Origin: an uncultured delta proteobacterium
GTDB taxonomy: Bacteria > Desulfobacterota > Binatia > Binatales > Binataceae
DNA: 64,000 nucleotides
NCBI GenBank assembly: GCA_963808235.1
Contig: CAWEEQ010000004.1
Span: forward strand, 320,001-384,000
Reading direction: 5' to 3'
A program made the translations under genes and the position numbers. Of the stretch, positions 1 through 9,589 are shown in pieces (the first letter of the stretch is position 1; every line of letters starts with the position of its first letter). The notes below the pieces were generated by a model. That model was not told the DNA's origin. It searched no databases and worked only from the letters and a program-made list of their open reading frames with translations.

Positions 1-703
1 CGGTCATCCGCTGCTCGTATACGGGCCCGTTGGCGTCGAGCAGGTGGTAGGCGGATTCGCGCAGGCTTACGGACTCGATGAAGGTTACCGCGTCGCGCAT
101 CATGGCGCCGCGCTACTGCCGCCCGCCGAGTGGGAGATGGTGCCGCGCACGGTGAAGATCGATACTCCACCCGGCCAGTCACCGTGTGTCCCGGGCGGTT
201 CCGCGACCGTACTCGAAGAGAATGGACTCAAGATCACCGCGTTCACCGTCAATCATGCGCCGGTCGCGCCCGCCTATGGTTATCGATTTGACTACAAGGG
301 ACGCTCGGTCGTGATCAGCGGCGATACTGTGAAGTGCGCCAATCTCGTCACGCAGGCCACTGGAGCCGACGTGCTGATTCATGAAGCGCAGTCGCCGAAT
401 CTCGTGAAGCTCATCCAGAGCGTGGCGGAGAGCAGAGGTAATGCGCGCATTGCCAAAATCATGTCCGACATCCGCCGCTACCACACGACGCCCGTCGAGG
501 CCGCATCCGAGGCAAACCAGGCCGGGGTTGCGATGCTCGTGTTGAGCCACCTCGGTCCGCCGACGCCCAATCTGCTCGCACGGATCGCGTTCATGCGCGG
601 CGTCGCGGAAGTCAGGCCGCGCGGTATCGTGATCGGCTACGACGGACTGCTGCTGACATTGCCCGCGGATTCGAAAACTATCGAGACCTCGTCGGTCCAG
701 TAG
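1..703 (+). CDS. MBL-fold metallo-hydrolase (RNase Z/ElaC-like), 5'-truncated by the window edge
   Basis: C-terminal MBL motifs VNH-P, SGDT, LIHEA, YHT and LSH; the HxHxDH motif would lie upstream of the window. Confidence 0.8.
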   Translation, partial: GHPLLVYGPVGVEQVVGGFAQAYGLDEGYRVAHHGAALLPPAEWEMVPRTVKIDTPPGQSPCVPGGSATVLEENGLKITAFTVNHAPVAPAYGYRFDYKGRSVVISGDTVKCANLVTQATGADVLIHEAQSPNLVKLIQSVAESRGNARIAKIMSDIRRYHTTPVEAASEANQAGVAMLVLSHLGPPTPNLLARIAFMRGVAEVRPRGIVIGYDGLLLTLPADSKTIETSSVQ

Positions 704-743
704 ACTCTTCAACTGGCGCAAAGATCGGGGACGCAAAATTTGT

Positions 744-1394
744 ATGACACTCGAATATGATCTGTTCTGGTCGTTCCGCTCGCCGTATTCCTATCTCGTT
801 ACACCGCGACTGATTGAGTTCGAGCGGGAGTACGATGTGAAAGCCAATGTCCGGCCGGTCTATCCTATCGCGGTTCGGATTCCCGGTTTCTTCAAGCAGG
901 TGAATCCGATGTGGCCGCCCTATCTGTTTCGCGATTGCTCGCGCATCGCGGAGATGCTGGGCATGCCGTTCGCCTGGCCCAGCCCCGATCCGATTGTCAT
1001 GAACATGAGCACCGGCGCAGTGGCGACCGAGCAGCCGTACATCCACCGACTGACAAGGTTAGGCATCGCGGCAGTCGCGGCCGGAATGGGACTGCCGTTC
1101 CTCGCGGCGGTCAGCGCCATCATTTTCGGCGGGGTGAGAGACTGGCATCTTGGCGACCATCTCGCCGGTGCGGCGCGACGCGCGGGACTGGATCTCGCCA
1201 AACTCGATTCGGAAATTGAGCGCGACCCGAGCCATTATGAAGCCGCGATCGCCGAAAATGAGTCGGCGCAAAAGAGCGCCGGACATTGGGGCGTCCCCCT
1301 GATGGTCTTCAACGGCGAGCCGTTCTTTGGTCAGGACCGCTTCGATCTGATGCGATGGCGCATGCAACGAAACGGACTCACCCGCCGCCGCTAA
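744..1394 (+). CDS. 2-hydroxychromene-2-carboxylate isomerase / DsbA-like (GST kappa) family protein
   Basis: N-terminal WSFRSPYSY and C-terminal WGVPLMVFNGEPFFGQDR. Confidence 0.85.
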   Translation: MTLEYDLFWSFRSPYSYLVTPRLIEFEREYDVKANVRPVYPIAVRIPGFFKQVNPMWPPYLFRDCSRIAEMLGMPFAWPSPDPIVMNMSTGAVATEQPYIHRLTRLGIAAVAAGMGLPFLAAVSAIIFGGVRDWHLGDHLAGAARRAGLDLAKLDSEIERDPSHYEAAIAENESAQKSAGHWGVPLMVFNGEPFFGQDRFDLMRWRMQRNGLTRRR

Positions 1395-2382
1395 GCCCGG
1401 CCAGACAGCCCGCACGATCGAGGACTGCGTCAATCGCTTTCCGGTCGGGAATTGCGCGGTATTTTTCGCGCATCGCGGCAAGAGATTTGACGTGGTACTT
1501 CTGCGGCTTCTGAGTCCACGTACGGCCGCCCAGCTCGACGCTGAATTCCTCGCGCCCCGCGCCGATTGCCGCCGCGTTCGCTACCGTCCACGGCATGAAG
1601 AGCCGGCCGACCTGGCGTTCCAGCAGCGGCATCAGGGTCGGTTCCAGGGTCGCCCACGTTTCGAACTCACCTTCCGCGCGCGGCCACGTCATGCGATGAA
1701 TCCACGCGAGAACATTCGGTGTGCGAGCCTCAATGATCGCGCCCGGCGTCGGATCGGTCCACGCGTTGTAGATTTGACCCCACATGCCGAAGTCTGCGAA
1801 GGCCGGCCGCGCGCCGAAAAGATAGGGCCGGCTCGCCAGATGCGTCTCGAGGATCGCAATCGTGTCGCAGAATGATTCTTCAATCTGCGCCGCAGTCGAT
1901 GCGTTCGAGCCAACGAACCATACCCGCCCGACCATCCTTTCACGCACCATCGCAATCGCGCCGGAAAGCTGCTTCTCGTCCGCCGCCGGCATCATCATGC
2001 GCGCGAGTCGTCCCGCCGAGCTCAACTGATCGACGTCTCGTGCCCACCGGTAGTGGAACATCCACTTGTTGCCCCACTCGTCGCCAAATTCCTCCAGCAG
2101 CACCGAAACGAAAGCCGCAACCTGATCCGACGGATGGATCGTCGGTTGCGGATACTCAGACTCGAGGCGATCGATTATCGGAGTCGAGTCCTGGATTCCT
2201 TCGTCCTTCGGCGTAACGACCAGCGGCACGATCGGAAGCCGGGCGTATTTCTGATATTCGGCCTGGCTGTCACCGTTGCGGATTATCCACTTGTGCGGGA
2301 TTCCCTTGTATCGGAAGTAAGAGCGAATCTTCACCGAATACGGAGACAGTTCGACGCCAAATATGCGGTAGTCTTGAGCCAT
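1378..2382 (-). CDS. Glutathione S-transferase family protein
   Basis: SPYSVKIRSY, cis-Pro IVP, DSTPII, YLFGARPAFADF; 3' end overlaps the convergent gene by 17 bp. Confidence 0.85.
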   Translation of the reverse strand: MAQDYRIFGVELSPYSVKIRSYFRYKGIPHKWIIRNGDSQAEYQKYARLPIVPLVVTPKDEGIQDSTPIIDRLESEYPQPTIHPSDQVAAFVSVLLEEFGDEWGNKWMFHYRWARDVDQLSSAGRLARMMMPAADEKQLSGAIAMVRERMVGRVWFVGSNASTAAQIEESFCDTIAILETHLASRPYLFGARPAFADFGMWGQIYNAWTDPTPGAIIEARTPNVLAWIHRMTWPRAEGEFETWATLEPTLMPLLERQVGRLFMPWTVANAAAIGAGREEFSVELGGRTWTQKPQKYHVKSLAAMREKYRAIPDRKAIDAVLDRAGCLAGLSGGG

Positions 2383-2484
2383 TGGATTATTCCCGGCCGG
2401 CTCCCGGCGGGCGAGGCGGCAGCGCTAAGCTCGCACATCGCCGCCCGGTGTTCCAACCGCTCGCGAAAAAAGTCTGGGGTCAAG

Positions 2485-2940
2485 TCAGGGTCGGCCAATC
2501 CGGGTAGGTCGCCGTTTGGGAGCGGTGCCGATCGACGCCACACGAGCCCGGGCCCTCGGCGAAGTTCCAGACCGGGCCTTTTTCGGCGCCGACATCTGAT
2601 ATCCATCCTTCAGGATCGCCGCCAACTCGTCCCATTCGACTTTGTAATCGATTCGCACGCCGACCCATCCCTGTTTGCCCATGTACGGCGGCACGAAAAA
2701 GCGCTTCGGGTCCGAGTTCACCAGGATTTCCTGAACCATCGCGGGCGCCTTGACCCAGACCGCGACGTGGCCGCTCTTGTGATGGTCGTTGTCGGTCATC
2801 GCGAACATGCTTCCGCCCGTGACCCGGAACGTGCACTCGCCCCACGCTTCCTTCTCGAAGACCTCGGGCAGCTTAAGACAGATCTGGCGCAACCTCTTTA
2901 TCGCGAGATTCGAGTCATCATACATGCGCGGATGTGCCAT
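2485..2940 (-). CDS. MmcQ/YjbR family protein
   Basis: LRQICLKLPE..E..AWGE..FRV, FFVPPYMGKQGWVGV. Confidence 0.8.
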   Translation of the reverse strand: MAHPRMYDDSNLAIKRLRQICLKLPEVFEKEAWGECTFRVTGGSMFAMTDNDHHKSGHVAVWVKAPAMVQEILVNSDPKRFFVPPYMGKQGWVGVRIDYKVEWDELAAILKDGYQMSAPKKARSGTSPRARARVASIGTAPKRRPTRIGRP

Positions 2941-2952
2941 AGGAAAATTTGC

Positions 2953-3339
2953 TCACTTCTTGTTGGTCGCAATCCACCACGTGTTGCCCGATCCATCCTT
3001 CACCCCTCCAACGCGATCGCCCCAGGTCATATCCGCAGGCTCTCTGATCGCAGTCGCGCCCAGCTTAAGCGCGCGCTTGTAGGTCGCATCCACATCGGGA
3101 ACATAGATATAGACCGCGGCCGCCATCGAGGGATCGGAAAAATAGCCGTTGCCGAAGAGCACATGAGCGCCGCCGATTTTGGCTTCTGCGTGGAATTGCC
3201 CCTTGGCGTCGGGCGTCGGCGCGTGTACCACCTCGGCGCCGAAAGCATTTTTGAGAAACTCCGCAAGTTCGGGCTTCGCATACAGATAGGGCGTGATTGT
3301 CGTGTAACCGGGCTGAATATGTTTGTTCGCGGCGCTCAT
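2953..3339 (-). CDS. VOC/glyoxalase (PhnB-like) protein
   Basis: TITPYL, HAEAKIG, YVPDVDATY, WGDRVGGVKD..GNTWWI; GGAGAG RBS upstream. Confidence 0.85.
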   Translation of the reverse strand: MSAANKHIQPGYTTITPYLYAKPELAEFLKNAFGAEVVHAPTPDAKGQFHAEAKIGGAHVLFGNGYFSDPSMAAAVYIYVPDVDATYKRALKLGATAIREPADMTWGDRVGGVKDGSGNTWWIATNKK

Positions 3340-3625
3340 GGACTCTCCTCCTTGCCGATCGAGTGGACGATGTTACGCCGGCATCGTGACTCTTAGAAAC
3401 TCCGCGTACACGCGTAAATCAATCAAGTCCGACTGTTCCTAGGAATCGCTTTAATCCGCCCTGATTTTTTTGAGAGATTATTCATAACTTAAATATACTT
3501 CTCTAGACTCAATCTGCTTTTCCGTTAAAATGTCAAAGATAGGGGAATCACCCAGCAAGATACGACTTTCGCTTAGTCTACGCATGCTAATGAAGGCATT
3601 AATTACACCTCAGGAGGAACCTACC

Positions 3626-4741
3626 TTGGAGCATCATCGATTCAACCTTCACGAGCGCAATGCTCTCCGAACAGTTCGTATTAGCTGCCTGATGACGGTT
3701 CTGCTTGGTTCATTCATAGCCGCGAGAACCGCCGAGGCCCAAAGTGCCGTCTACATCGCCAACGCAAATTCGACGACAGTGGCCGAGTACCAGGGGGGTA
3801 GCATCACCAGCGGACACACCAAGCCCCATCGATTGCTCAACGATTCAAATGATATCGACGGCCCCTCGACAGTCGCATTTCAGGGCGGAAACCTGTGGGT
3901 GACAAACTTCAACGTCAACACCATCAACGAGTTCTCGCAGGCAACGGTCCAATCGTTGAAACAGGTGCACGATCCAAGCGCTGCGGTGATCATCTCCGAT
4001 GACGGCAGCGGCGTGCTGAACGGCCCGGAGGGAATTGTTTTCGACTCATCCGGAAACATGTGGATAGGTGCGGAGGATGGAGGACGGGTCCTTCAGTACA
4101 TGCCCGGACAGTACGCCACCAGCGGCAATCCCACCCCCAACATAATCCTCAATGGTGCCTCCTTCGATTTCGACCGGCCCTCGCACCTGGCGTTCGATTC
4201 GGCCGCCAATTTGTGGGTGGTCAACGAGATCCTACCCAACGGCCAGGGCGGCACCGGTGAGATCTTCAGATACAACAAGTCCCAGATCGCCGGCCTGTCA
4301 CCGGGAAATCAAAACGTAGATCCAGCTTTTGGAATCGCCCTGCCCGACTTTCAGGAGCTTGAGACAATTGCATTCGACGGCAGCGGTAATCTCTGGGTAG
4401 CCGACCAGAATGCCAACAACGTTTTCCAGTTCCCCGCAAGCGAGCTGAACGAGACAGGGCTTTCGCAAAATCTCACACCGTCGGTCGTGTTGAGCGCGCA
4501 CAATATGCCCGGCGCGTGTAACACGAGCCTGGCCGGTCCCTACGGCCTGGCAGTCTCTAACGGCAGCCTGTTCGTGACCAACTCAAGTATCATCGGCGGT
4601 TGTAAGGGCAGCCTGGCGGTTTTTCCGGCCAATAAAATTGCATCGACCGGCAACCCCAAGCCGAAAGTATTCATCACCTCAAATGGGAGAGGCACCAATA
4701 TCAATTCTCCAAACGCGGTGACGGTCGGGCCACCTCTGTGA
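3626..4741 (+). CDS. Secreted NHL-repeat / beta-propeller protein
   Basis: Repeated P-G-[IL]-AFD-x-GNLWV units; signal peptide ending AEA-Q; TTG start chosen after AGGAGG (ORF track starts at 3530). Confidence 0.75.
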   Translation: MEHHRFNLHERNALRTVRISCLMTVLLGSFIAARTAEAQSAVYIANANSTTVAEYQGGSITSGHTKPHRLLNDSNDIDGPSTVAFQGGNLWVTNFNVNTINEFSQATVQSLKQVHDPSAAVIISDDGSGVLNGPEGIVFDSSGNMWIGAEDGGRVLQYMPGQYATSGNPTPNIILNGASFDFDRPSHLAFDSAANLWVVNEILPNGQGGTGEIFRYNKSQIAGLSPGNQNVDPAFGIALPDFQELETIAFDGSGNLWVADQNANNVFQFPASELNETGLSQNLTPSVVLSAHNMPGACNTSLAGPYGLAVSNGSLFVTNSSIIGGCKGSLAVFPANKIASTGNPKPKVFITSNGRGTNINSPNAVTVGPPL

Positions 4742-4754
4742 CCTCCGGTGCGCG

Positions 4755-5951
4755 CTAGCGCACTGCGAGTGGCAGGGCGCTCAAGCCTCTGAGAGCCATC
4801 GAGCCGCGATATTGGAGCTTGCGTTCAGGATCGGCCAGTCGGAGCCGCGGGAACTTGTTGAGCATCGACTCGATCGCGATTGCGCCCTCCAGGCGTGCTA
4901 GCGGTGCGCCGAGGCAGAAGTGGATTCCCTCGCCGAACGATACGTGCTCGTTGGGCTCGCGTGCCGCGTCGAATACCTCCGGGCGCGGGAATTGGGCGGG
5001 ATCGCGATTGGCGGCCGCGAGCAGGATGAAAGCGAGGCTGCCGGCGGGAATCTCGGTCCCTCCGACGTTGGTCGTCACAGTCGGTATCCGCACCGTCATC
5101 TGCACCGGAGGATCGTAGCGCAGCATCTCTTCGATCGCGCTGGGAACAAGCTCGCGGTTCTTGCGCAGGCGATCTTCCTGGTCGGGATTGCGGCAGAGCG
5201 CAAGCAGCCCGTTGCCGATAAGATTAGTGGTTGTTTCGTTTCCGGCCAGCAAAAGCAAAACCACGAATGCGAGCAGTTCATTCTCGCTGAGCGCGTCCGA
5301 TTCGTCGCGAGCGGTAATAAGCGCGCTTACCAGATCGTCGGCAGGATTTGCGGCGCGTCGCTTGATTGCTTCGGCCAGGTAAGCGCGCAGCTCATCCTTC
5401 GCCGCGAGTCCCGCCGGCGACGGCCCGGTCGCCATATCCTGGCCGAACGAGCTGATCAGATCGTTCGACCATTGCTTGAACTGGGCATGGTCGGCGGCCG
5501 AGACGCCCAGCATCTCCGCGATCACGATCACTGGCAACGGATTGGCCAGCGCGGCCATCACTTCGATTTCCGATGAATCCTTCGCGCGCGCCAGCAGGTC
5601 GTTGGTAATCTCCCGGATTCGCGGCTCGAGCTCGCGCACCCGCCGTGGCGTGAACGCCTTGCTCACCAGCTTCCGAAGCCGTGAATGCACCGGCGGATCG
5701 GCAGTAAGGATCGTTGGCGCACCGCCGAACGGATCGATTCGCTCGCGAAACGGGATCTCCGGCCGGCGAACGGTGAAGCGTTCGTGGTCGTGGAGCACGC
5801 TGACCACGTCGGCATAGCGCGCGACGATCGTGGTCGGCATGAACAGATTCAGCTGTCGCGGAGCGCCGTCGAGCAGCGCCGGAAAGTGCGGATATGGATT
5901 CGCGCGAAATTCCTGGTCGAACGGGTTGAAATAGAAATCTGACTGGGACAT
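4755..5951 (-). CDS. Cytochrome P450
   Basis: DPPxHxRLR, AGNETT, EEMLR, FGEGIHFCLG haem ligand. Confidence 0.95.
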   Translation of the reverse strand: MSQSDFYFNPFDQEFRANPYPHFPALLDGAPRQLNLFMPTTIVARYADVVSVLHDHERFTVRRPEIPFRERIDPFGGAPTILTADPPVHSRLRKLVSKAFTPRRVRELEPRIREITNDLLARAKDSSEIEVMAALANPLPVIVIAEMLGVSAADHAQFKQWSNDLISSFGQDMATGPSPAGLAAKDELRAYLAEAIKRRAANPADDLVSALITARDESDALSENELLAFVVLLLLAGNETTTNLIGNGLLALCRNPDQEDRLRKNRELVPSAIEEMLRYDPPVQMTVRIPTVTTNVGGTEIPAGSLAFILLAAANRDPAQFPRPEVFDAAREPNEHVSFGEGIHFCLGAPLARLEGAIAIESMLNKFPRLRLADPERKLQYRGSMALRGLSALPLAVR

Positions 5952-6103
5952 TTCGCGAGTATATGCGCTTGGAGGGTTGGATCGTAGAACCTCTACCTTC
6001 TAAACCCGCCAACCCTCATGGCGGCAGATCGAAGTTCCGGTTCATCGACATCGATCGCTTAATTGTTGTAAACGGATTCCAGCACTAATCAGGAGTTTTA
6101 CGC

Positions 6104-6757
6104 ATGGCACTTAAAGTCGTCGGCGCCGGCTTCGGTCGCACCGGCACGCTCTCGCTCAAGACCGCACTCGAGAAAATCGGCTTTGGCCCTTGCTATCACA
6201 TGGCAGAAGTTTTTTCGCGGCCCGATCACGTCGCGATGTGGCATCGGCTCGCATTCCAAAATTCGATCGACTGGGATCTGCTCTTTGGCGATTTTCGCGC
6301 GACGGTCGATTGGCCTTCCGCGCGATGGTGGCGCGAGATCGCCGCTCACTACCCCGATGCGAAAGTGCTGCTCTCGGTGCGCGATCCGGAAGCATGGTAC
6401 AAAAGCATGATCGAGACCATTTACCAGCCGATGAAATCGCCTGTGCCCGACGGCGTTCCCGAACTCGTCAGGCTTCAGAACGAGATGGTCCGTAAGTCGA
6501 TTCTGTCTGAGACGTTCGACAACCGCTTCGAGGACAAGGCTCACGCAATCGGAGTCTTCGAACGGCATACCGCGGAGGTCCGCGACGCGATCGAGCCCGC
6601 GCGCCTGCTGGTCTTCGACGTGCGTGAAGGATGGGCGCCGCTGTGCCGCTTCCTCGATGTGCCTGTCCCCGACGAACCGTTTCCACGCCTCAACGACACC
6701 GCCTCGACGCAAGCGATGATCCAGCTCATGCTCGAATCAATCCGCAAAGCAACATGA
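6104..6757 (+). CDS. Sulfotransferase family protein (Sulfotransfer_4-like)
   Basis: GAGFGRTGTLSLK PAPS loop, CYHM, RDPEAWYKS, EGWAPLCRFL..PFPRLN; AGGAG RBS. Confidence 0.9.
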   Translation: MALKVVGAGFGRTGTLSLKTALEKIGFGPCYHMAEVFSRPDHVAMWHRLAFQNSIDWDLLFGDFRATVDWPSARWWREIAAHYPDAKVLLSVRDPEAWYKSMIETIYQPMKSPVPDGVPELVRLQNEMVRKSILSETFDNRFEDKAHAIGVFERHTAEVRDAIEPARLLVFDVREGWAPLCRFLDVPVPDEPFPRLNDTASTQAMIQLMLESIRKAT

Positions 6758-7569
6758 GCGAGGATTCTCATCGCGAACGCCTGGTGCCGCATGCCGGGAC
6801 CTATCGGCGCGAACTGCCGGTGAGTATCGAGCGGCTCTACGAGAACGCGATCGACTGGGAGCACCTTCCATATCTGCATCGCAGCAGCTTCTCGCGAATC
6901 GAATGTATCGCGGCGGGCCAATGGGGCTTCCGCGCGCGCGCGTGGGAGCATCCCTACGACGAAAGACGCGCGTTCGTAATCGAGCTCAGGCTCGATCGCG
7001 ATCTCAGACGATGGATCACCACCACACTCGAGGGTGTGGGAGCGGGAACCGAGATCTGGACGCACGCGACCGAGCTCGGAGAACAGCGGACCGAAGTGAT
7101 CGTTGACTTCTTCGTGCCGCGACTCGATCCCGCGCGCCGAACGGAGATCAGCGCTTACTACTGCAATCTCTACGCGCGGCTCTACGACGAAGACGTCCAG
7201 ATGATGTCCGAGCGGCAGGCGCAACTCGACGCCGCTTCAAGTAGCGTCGTCGGCGATTCGTCGCCAATCGTGCTCGGAACGTTGGCCGAGGTGCGCGCGC
7301 GGCTTCCGATCGCGATCGAATACGCCGGGCGAACGTTCCGCATCGTCGAAGATGCCGGTGATCTGATCGCCTACTCGATCTTATGCCCGCATCGGCTCGG
7401 CCCGCTCGGCGAGTCCGAGGTGCGCGACGGGATCGTCGAATGTCCGTGGCACGGGCTCCGTTACGACATCCGCACTCGTCGATGCGTCAGCGGCGCGAAT
7501 ATCATCCTGGCGCCTGCGCCGCAGGTTATCGTAGGGGCAGACTCAAAGGTGATCCTCGAACTTCGCTGA
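6754..7569 (+). CDS. Rieske [2Fe-2S] protein with N-terminal mononuclear-iron (SRPBCC-type) domain
   Basis: ATGA overlap with the sulfotransferase stop; ENAIDWEHLPYLH near the N-terminus; CPH..CPWH at the C-terminus. Confidence 0.8.
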   Translation: MSEDSHRERLVPHAGTYRRELPVSIERLYENAIDWEHLPYLHRSSFSRIECIAAGQWGFRARAWEHPYDERRAFVIELRLDRDLRRWITTTLEGVGAGTEIWTHATELGEQRTEVIVDFFVPRLDPARRTEISAYYCNLYARLYDEDVQMMSERQAQLDAASSSVVGDSSPIVLGTLAEVRARLPIAIEYAGRTFRIVEDAGDLIAYSILCPHRLGPLGESEVRDGIVECPWHGLRYDIRTRRCVSGANIILAPAPQVIVGADSKVILELR

Positions 7570-7641
7570 CTCTTCATCCTAATCTGCCACAGTTTGCCGA
7601 TAGCTTGGCGACCTGCTTGAATCGGCTTCGAGGACGGCATC

Positions 7642-8517
7642 ATGAATTCAGAAATCGAATTGCGCGACCACGTATTCGTCGGCCCCTTGCGCCGCTCGGT
7701 CAACAACGCGAGCCATGTCGAGGGCAGCATTCATGACGATGCGACCGCGACCAAGCTCGGCTTTCGCGGCGGCACCGTGGCCGGATCGATCCATCTCGAA
7801 TTGTTTCCACCGCTGCTGTTGAAGGCGTTCGGCAAGCGATGGTTCGAGCGCGGAACTATCTCGATGTACTTCCTCAACGCGACCACCGACCGCGAAGCAG
7901 TCCGCGCTTCCCTCAAAGAGCCGCCCACCGATGCGACCGACGCGCAGGTCGATATCTGGATCGAGCGCGATGACGGGATGCGCGTCGCGGAAGGCACCGC
8001 GTCGGTTGGAGACTCGACGGAACCGACCGCGTTGCTGCGCCGTCCGCTGGATCGATTCGATGCGGGCCAGTTGCGAATTCTTGGCGGGCTCAAGGTTGGC
8101 GATCGCTTCGATGAGTGCGACGCACTTCTTACCCGGAATGCGATGACCGAGCGGATGAAAGTCATCACCGAACCGCTCGAGTGGTACACCAAACCCTCGC
8201 CATGGGGCGCGCCGATCGCCACGCCGGCGACGATGGTCCAGTTACTGTACGCGCAATCAATTGCGACTCTGCGCGCGAAGCTTGGCCGCGCAGTGGGGCT
8301 GTACGGCGCGATCGAACTGCGCAACATCAACGGCCCGGTCACGGTCGAACATCCTTATAGAGTGACGGGAAGCATCCTGGCGCTCGGCCAGAGTCCGAAG
8401 ACCGAATATATGTGGTTCGAGACCGCGCTGAACGAAGCGGACGGCAAGCGCGTCGCCGAGATGCGGATGTTGCTGCGCTTCATGAAGGCGTCGTCGCCGC
8501 TATATAAGGACGCGTAG
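7642..8517 (+). CDS. Hotdog-fold (MaoC-like) protein, probably double hotdog
   Basis: SIHDDATATKLGFRGGTVAG hydratase-like motif; second half PWGAPIATP..GAIELRNINGPV. Confidence 0.6.
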   Translation: MNSEIELRDHVFVGPLRRSVNNASHVEGSIHDDATATKLGFRGGTVAGSIHLELFPPLLLKAFGKRWFERGTISMYFLNATTDREAVRASLKEPPTDATDAQVDIWIERDDGMRVAEGTASVGDSTEPTALLRRPLDRFDAGQLRILGGLKVGDRFDECDALLTRNAMTERMKVITEPLEWYTKPSPWGAPIATPATMVQLLYAQSIATLRAKLGRAVGLYGAIELRNINGPVTVEHPYRVTGSILALGQSPKTEYMWFETALNEADGKRVAEMRMLLRFMKASSPLYKDA

Positions 8518-8537
8518 GCGCGCCGATCGCGCCCGGT

Positions 8538-9338
8538 TCAGTTCCGTCCGATCAGGATTCCCGCATCCTTGGTCAAATGAATCGCGCCGCGCGCTAAGAT
8601 CTCTTCCTGGACGAAACGGCCGAACGCGTCGATTTGCTCCGCGCGCGCCAGTTTTCCCATCCGGGTTGATTTTACATAATCGACCAGCGGTTGTGATTCC
8701 GTAACGACCAGCGAGTCGGGATACCGGACTAGCTCGACCTGCGCAAACGCCGCACGCATCATGTCGTAACCGTTTTCAAGGCCGAAGTGATCGGCTGGCT
8801 GGCCCTTCGCGACTCCAAAAAATCGCGTCGTGATCTCGCTCATCTCTTTCATGTTGTCGCGGCTGAATGTCGCCGCGCAGCACGCGCCGCCTGGCTTAAG
8901 AACGCGCCCGATCTCGCCGAGCGCACGCGGAACATCGGGAACGTGATAGAGCATGTGGTTCGCGATTACCAGGTCGAAGCCGCCGTCGCAAAACGCGATC
9001 GCCTGCGCGTCAAGTTGCAGCGCCGAAAATGATCTCCCGGCAGTTGCGAGATTCTCGCGCGCCTCGCGCAGTATCCCGCCCGACAGATCCGACATCACGA
9101 TTCGCCATCCGCTCGGAATCCGCGCCGCGTTCTGCCGCCACATCGCGCCCGTCCCCGTTCCGAGTTCCAGGATGACCGCGTCCGCCGGCAGTTCGAATCG
9201 ATCGAAGATCCAGCGGAACACCCCCTACCGATTGGTGCTGAAGCGTGTGTGCAACCGGATGCGCGCGCTCAGGTTCGAACCGTCCTGGTATTGCTCCTTC
9301 AGCAGGCGCCGTGCGCGATCGGTCGAAGCTTCAGTCAT
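8538..9338 (-). pseudogene. Class I SAM-dependent methyltransferase interrupted by an in-frame TAG at codon 38
   Basis: Reading upstream of the ORF-track start gives MTEAS..EQYQDGSNLSARIRLHTRFSTNR*GVFRWIF (TAG at 9225-9227); LELGTGTG and FDLVIANHMLYHV motifs. Confidence 0.75.
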
Positions 9339-9589
9339 GGCCGCGATATTAGCCCGAGCGGCGCGGCCGGTCACGCAGCGAAAGCGTCTTGACCTTTGCG
9401 CGTGGCACTACTAACGGTGGTCGAGCACGCCGAAGTCCGAGCCTAAAACCTTTTTTATGATCTGGTGGGGATCAAAGGAGAAGTCGAAAGCCGCGGGACA
9501 GTAGCTCTAATTGCGCAGCGTTCCTGAGCCGACGATCTCGAATCGTTAAACCGGACGCTGCGCCATTTATGGATCGGGAGGAAGCATCC

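Noticed and set aside
726-740. GGGACGCAAA, resembling the c-di-GMP-I riboswitch core
   Set aside because: The intergenic region is only 40 nt and lacks the GAAA tetraloop stem and the P3 arm
2053-3396. 447-aa + strand ORF, and similar long antisense ORFs (17034-17984, 21953-22864, 34171-35133, 54884-55780)
   Set aside because: Shadow frames of motif-bearing genes on the opposite strand, as expected in GC-rich DNA; no recognisable motifs
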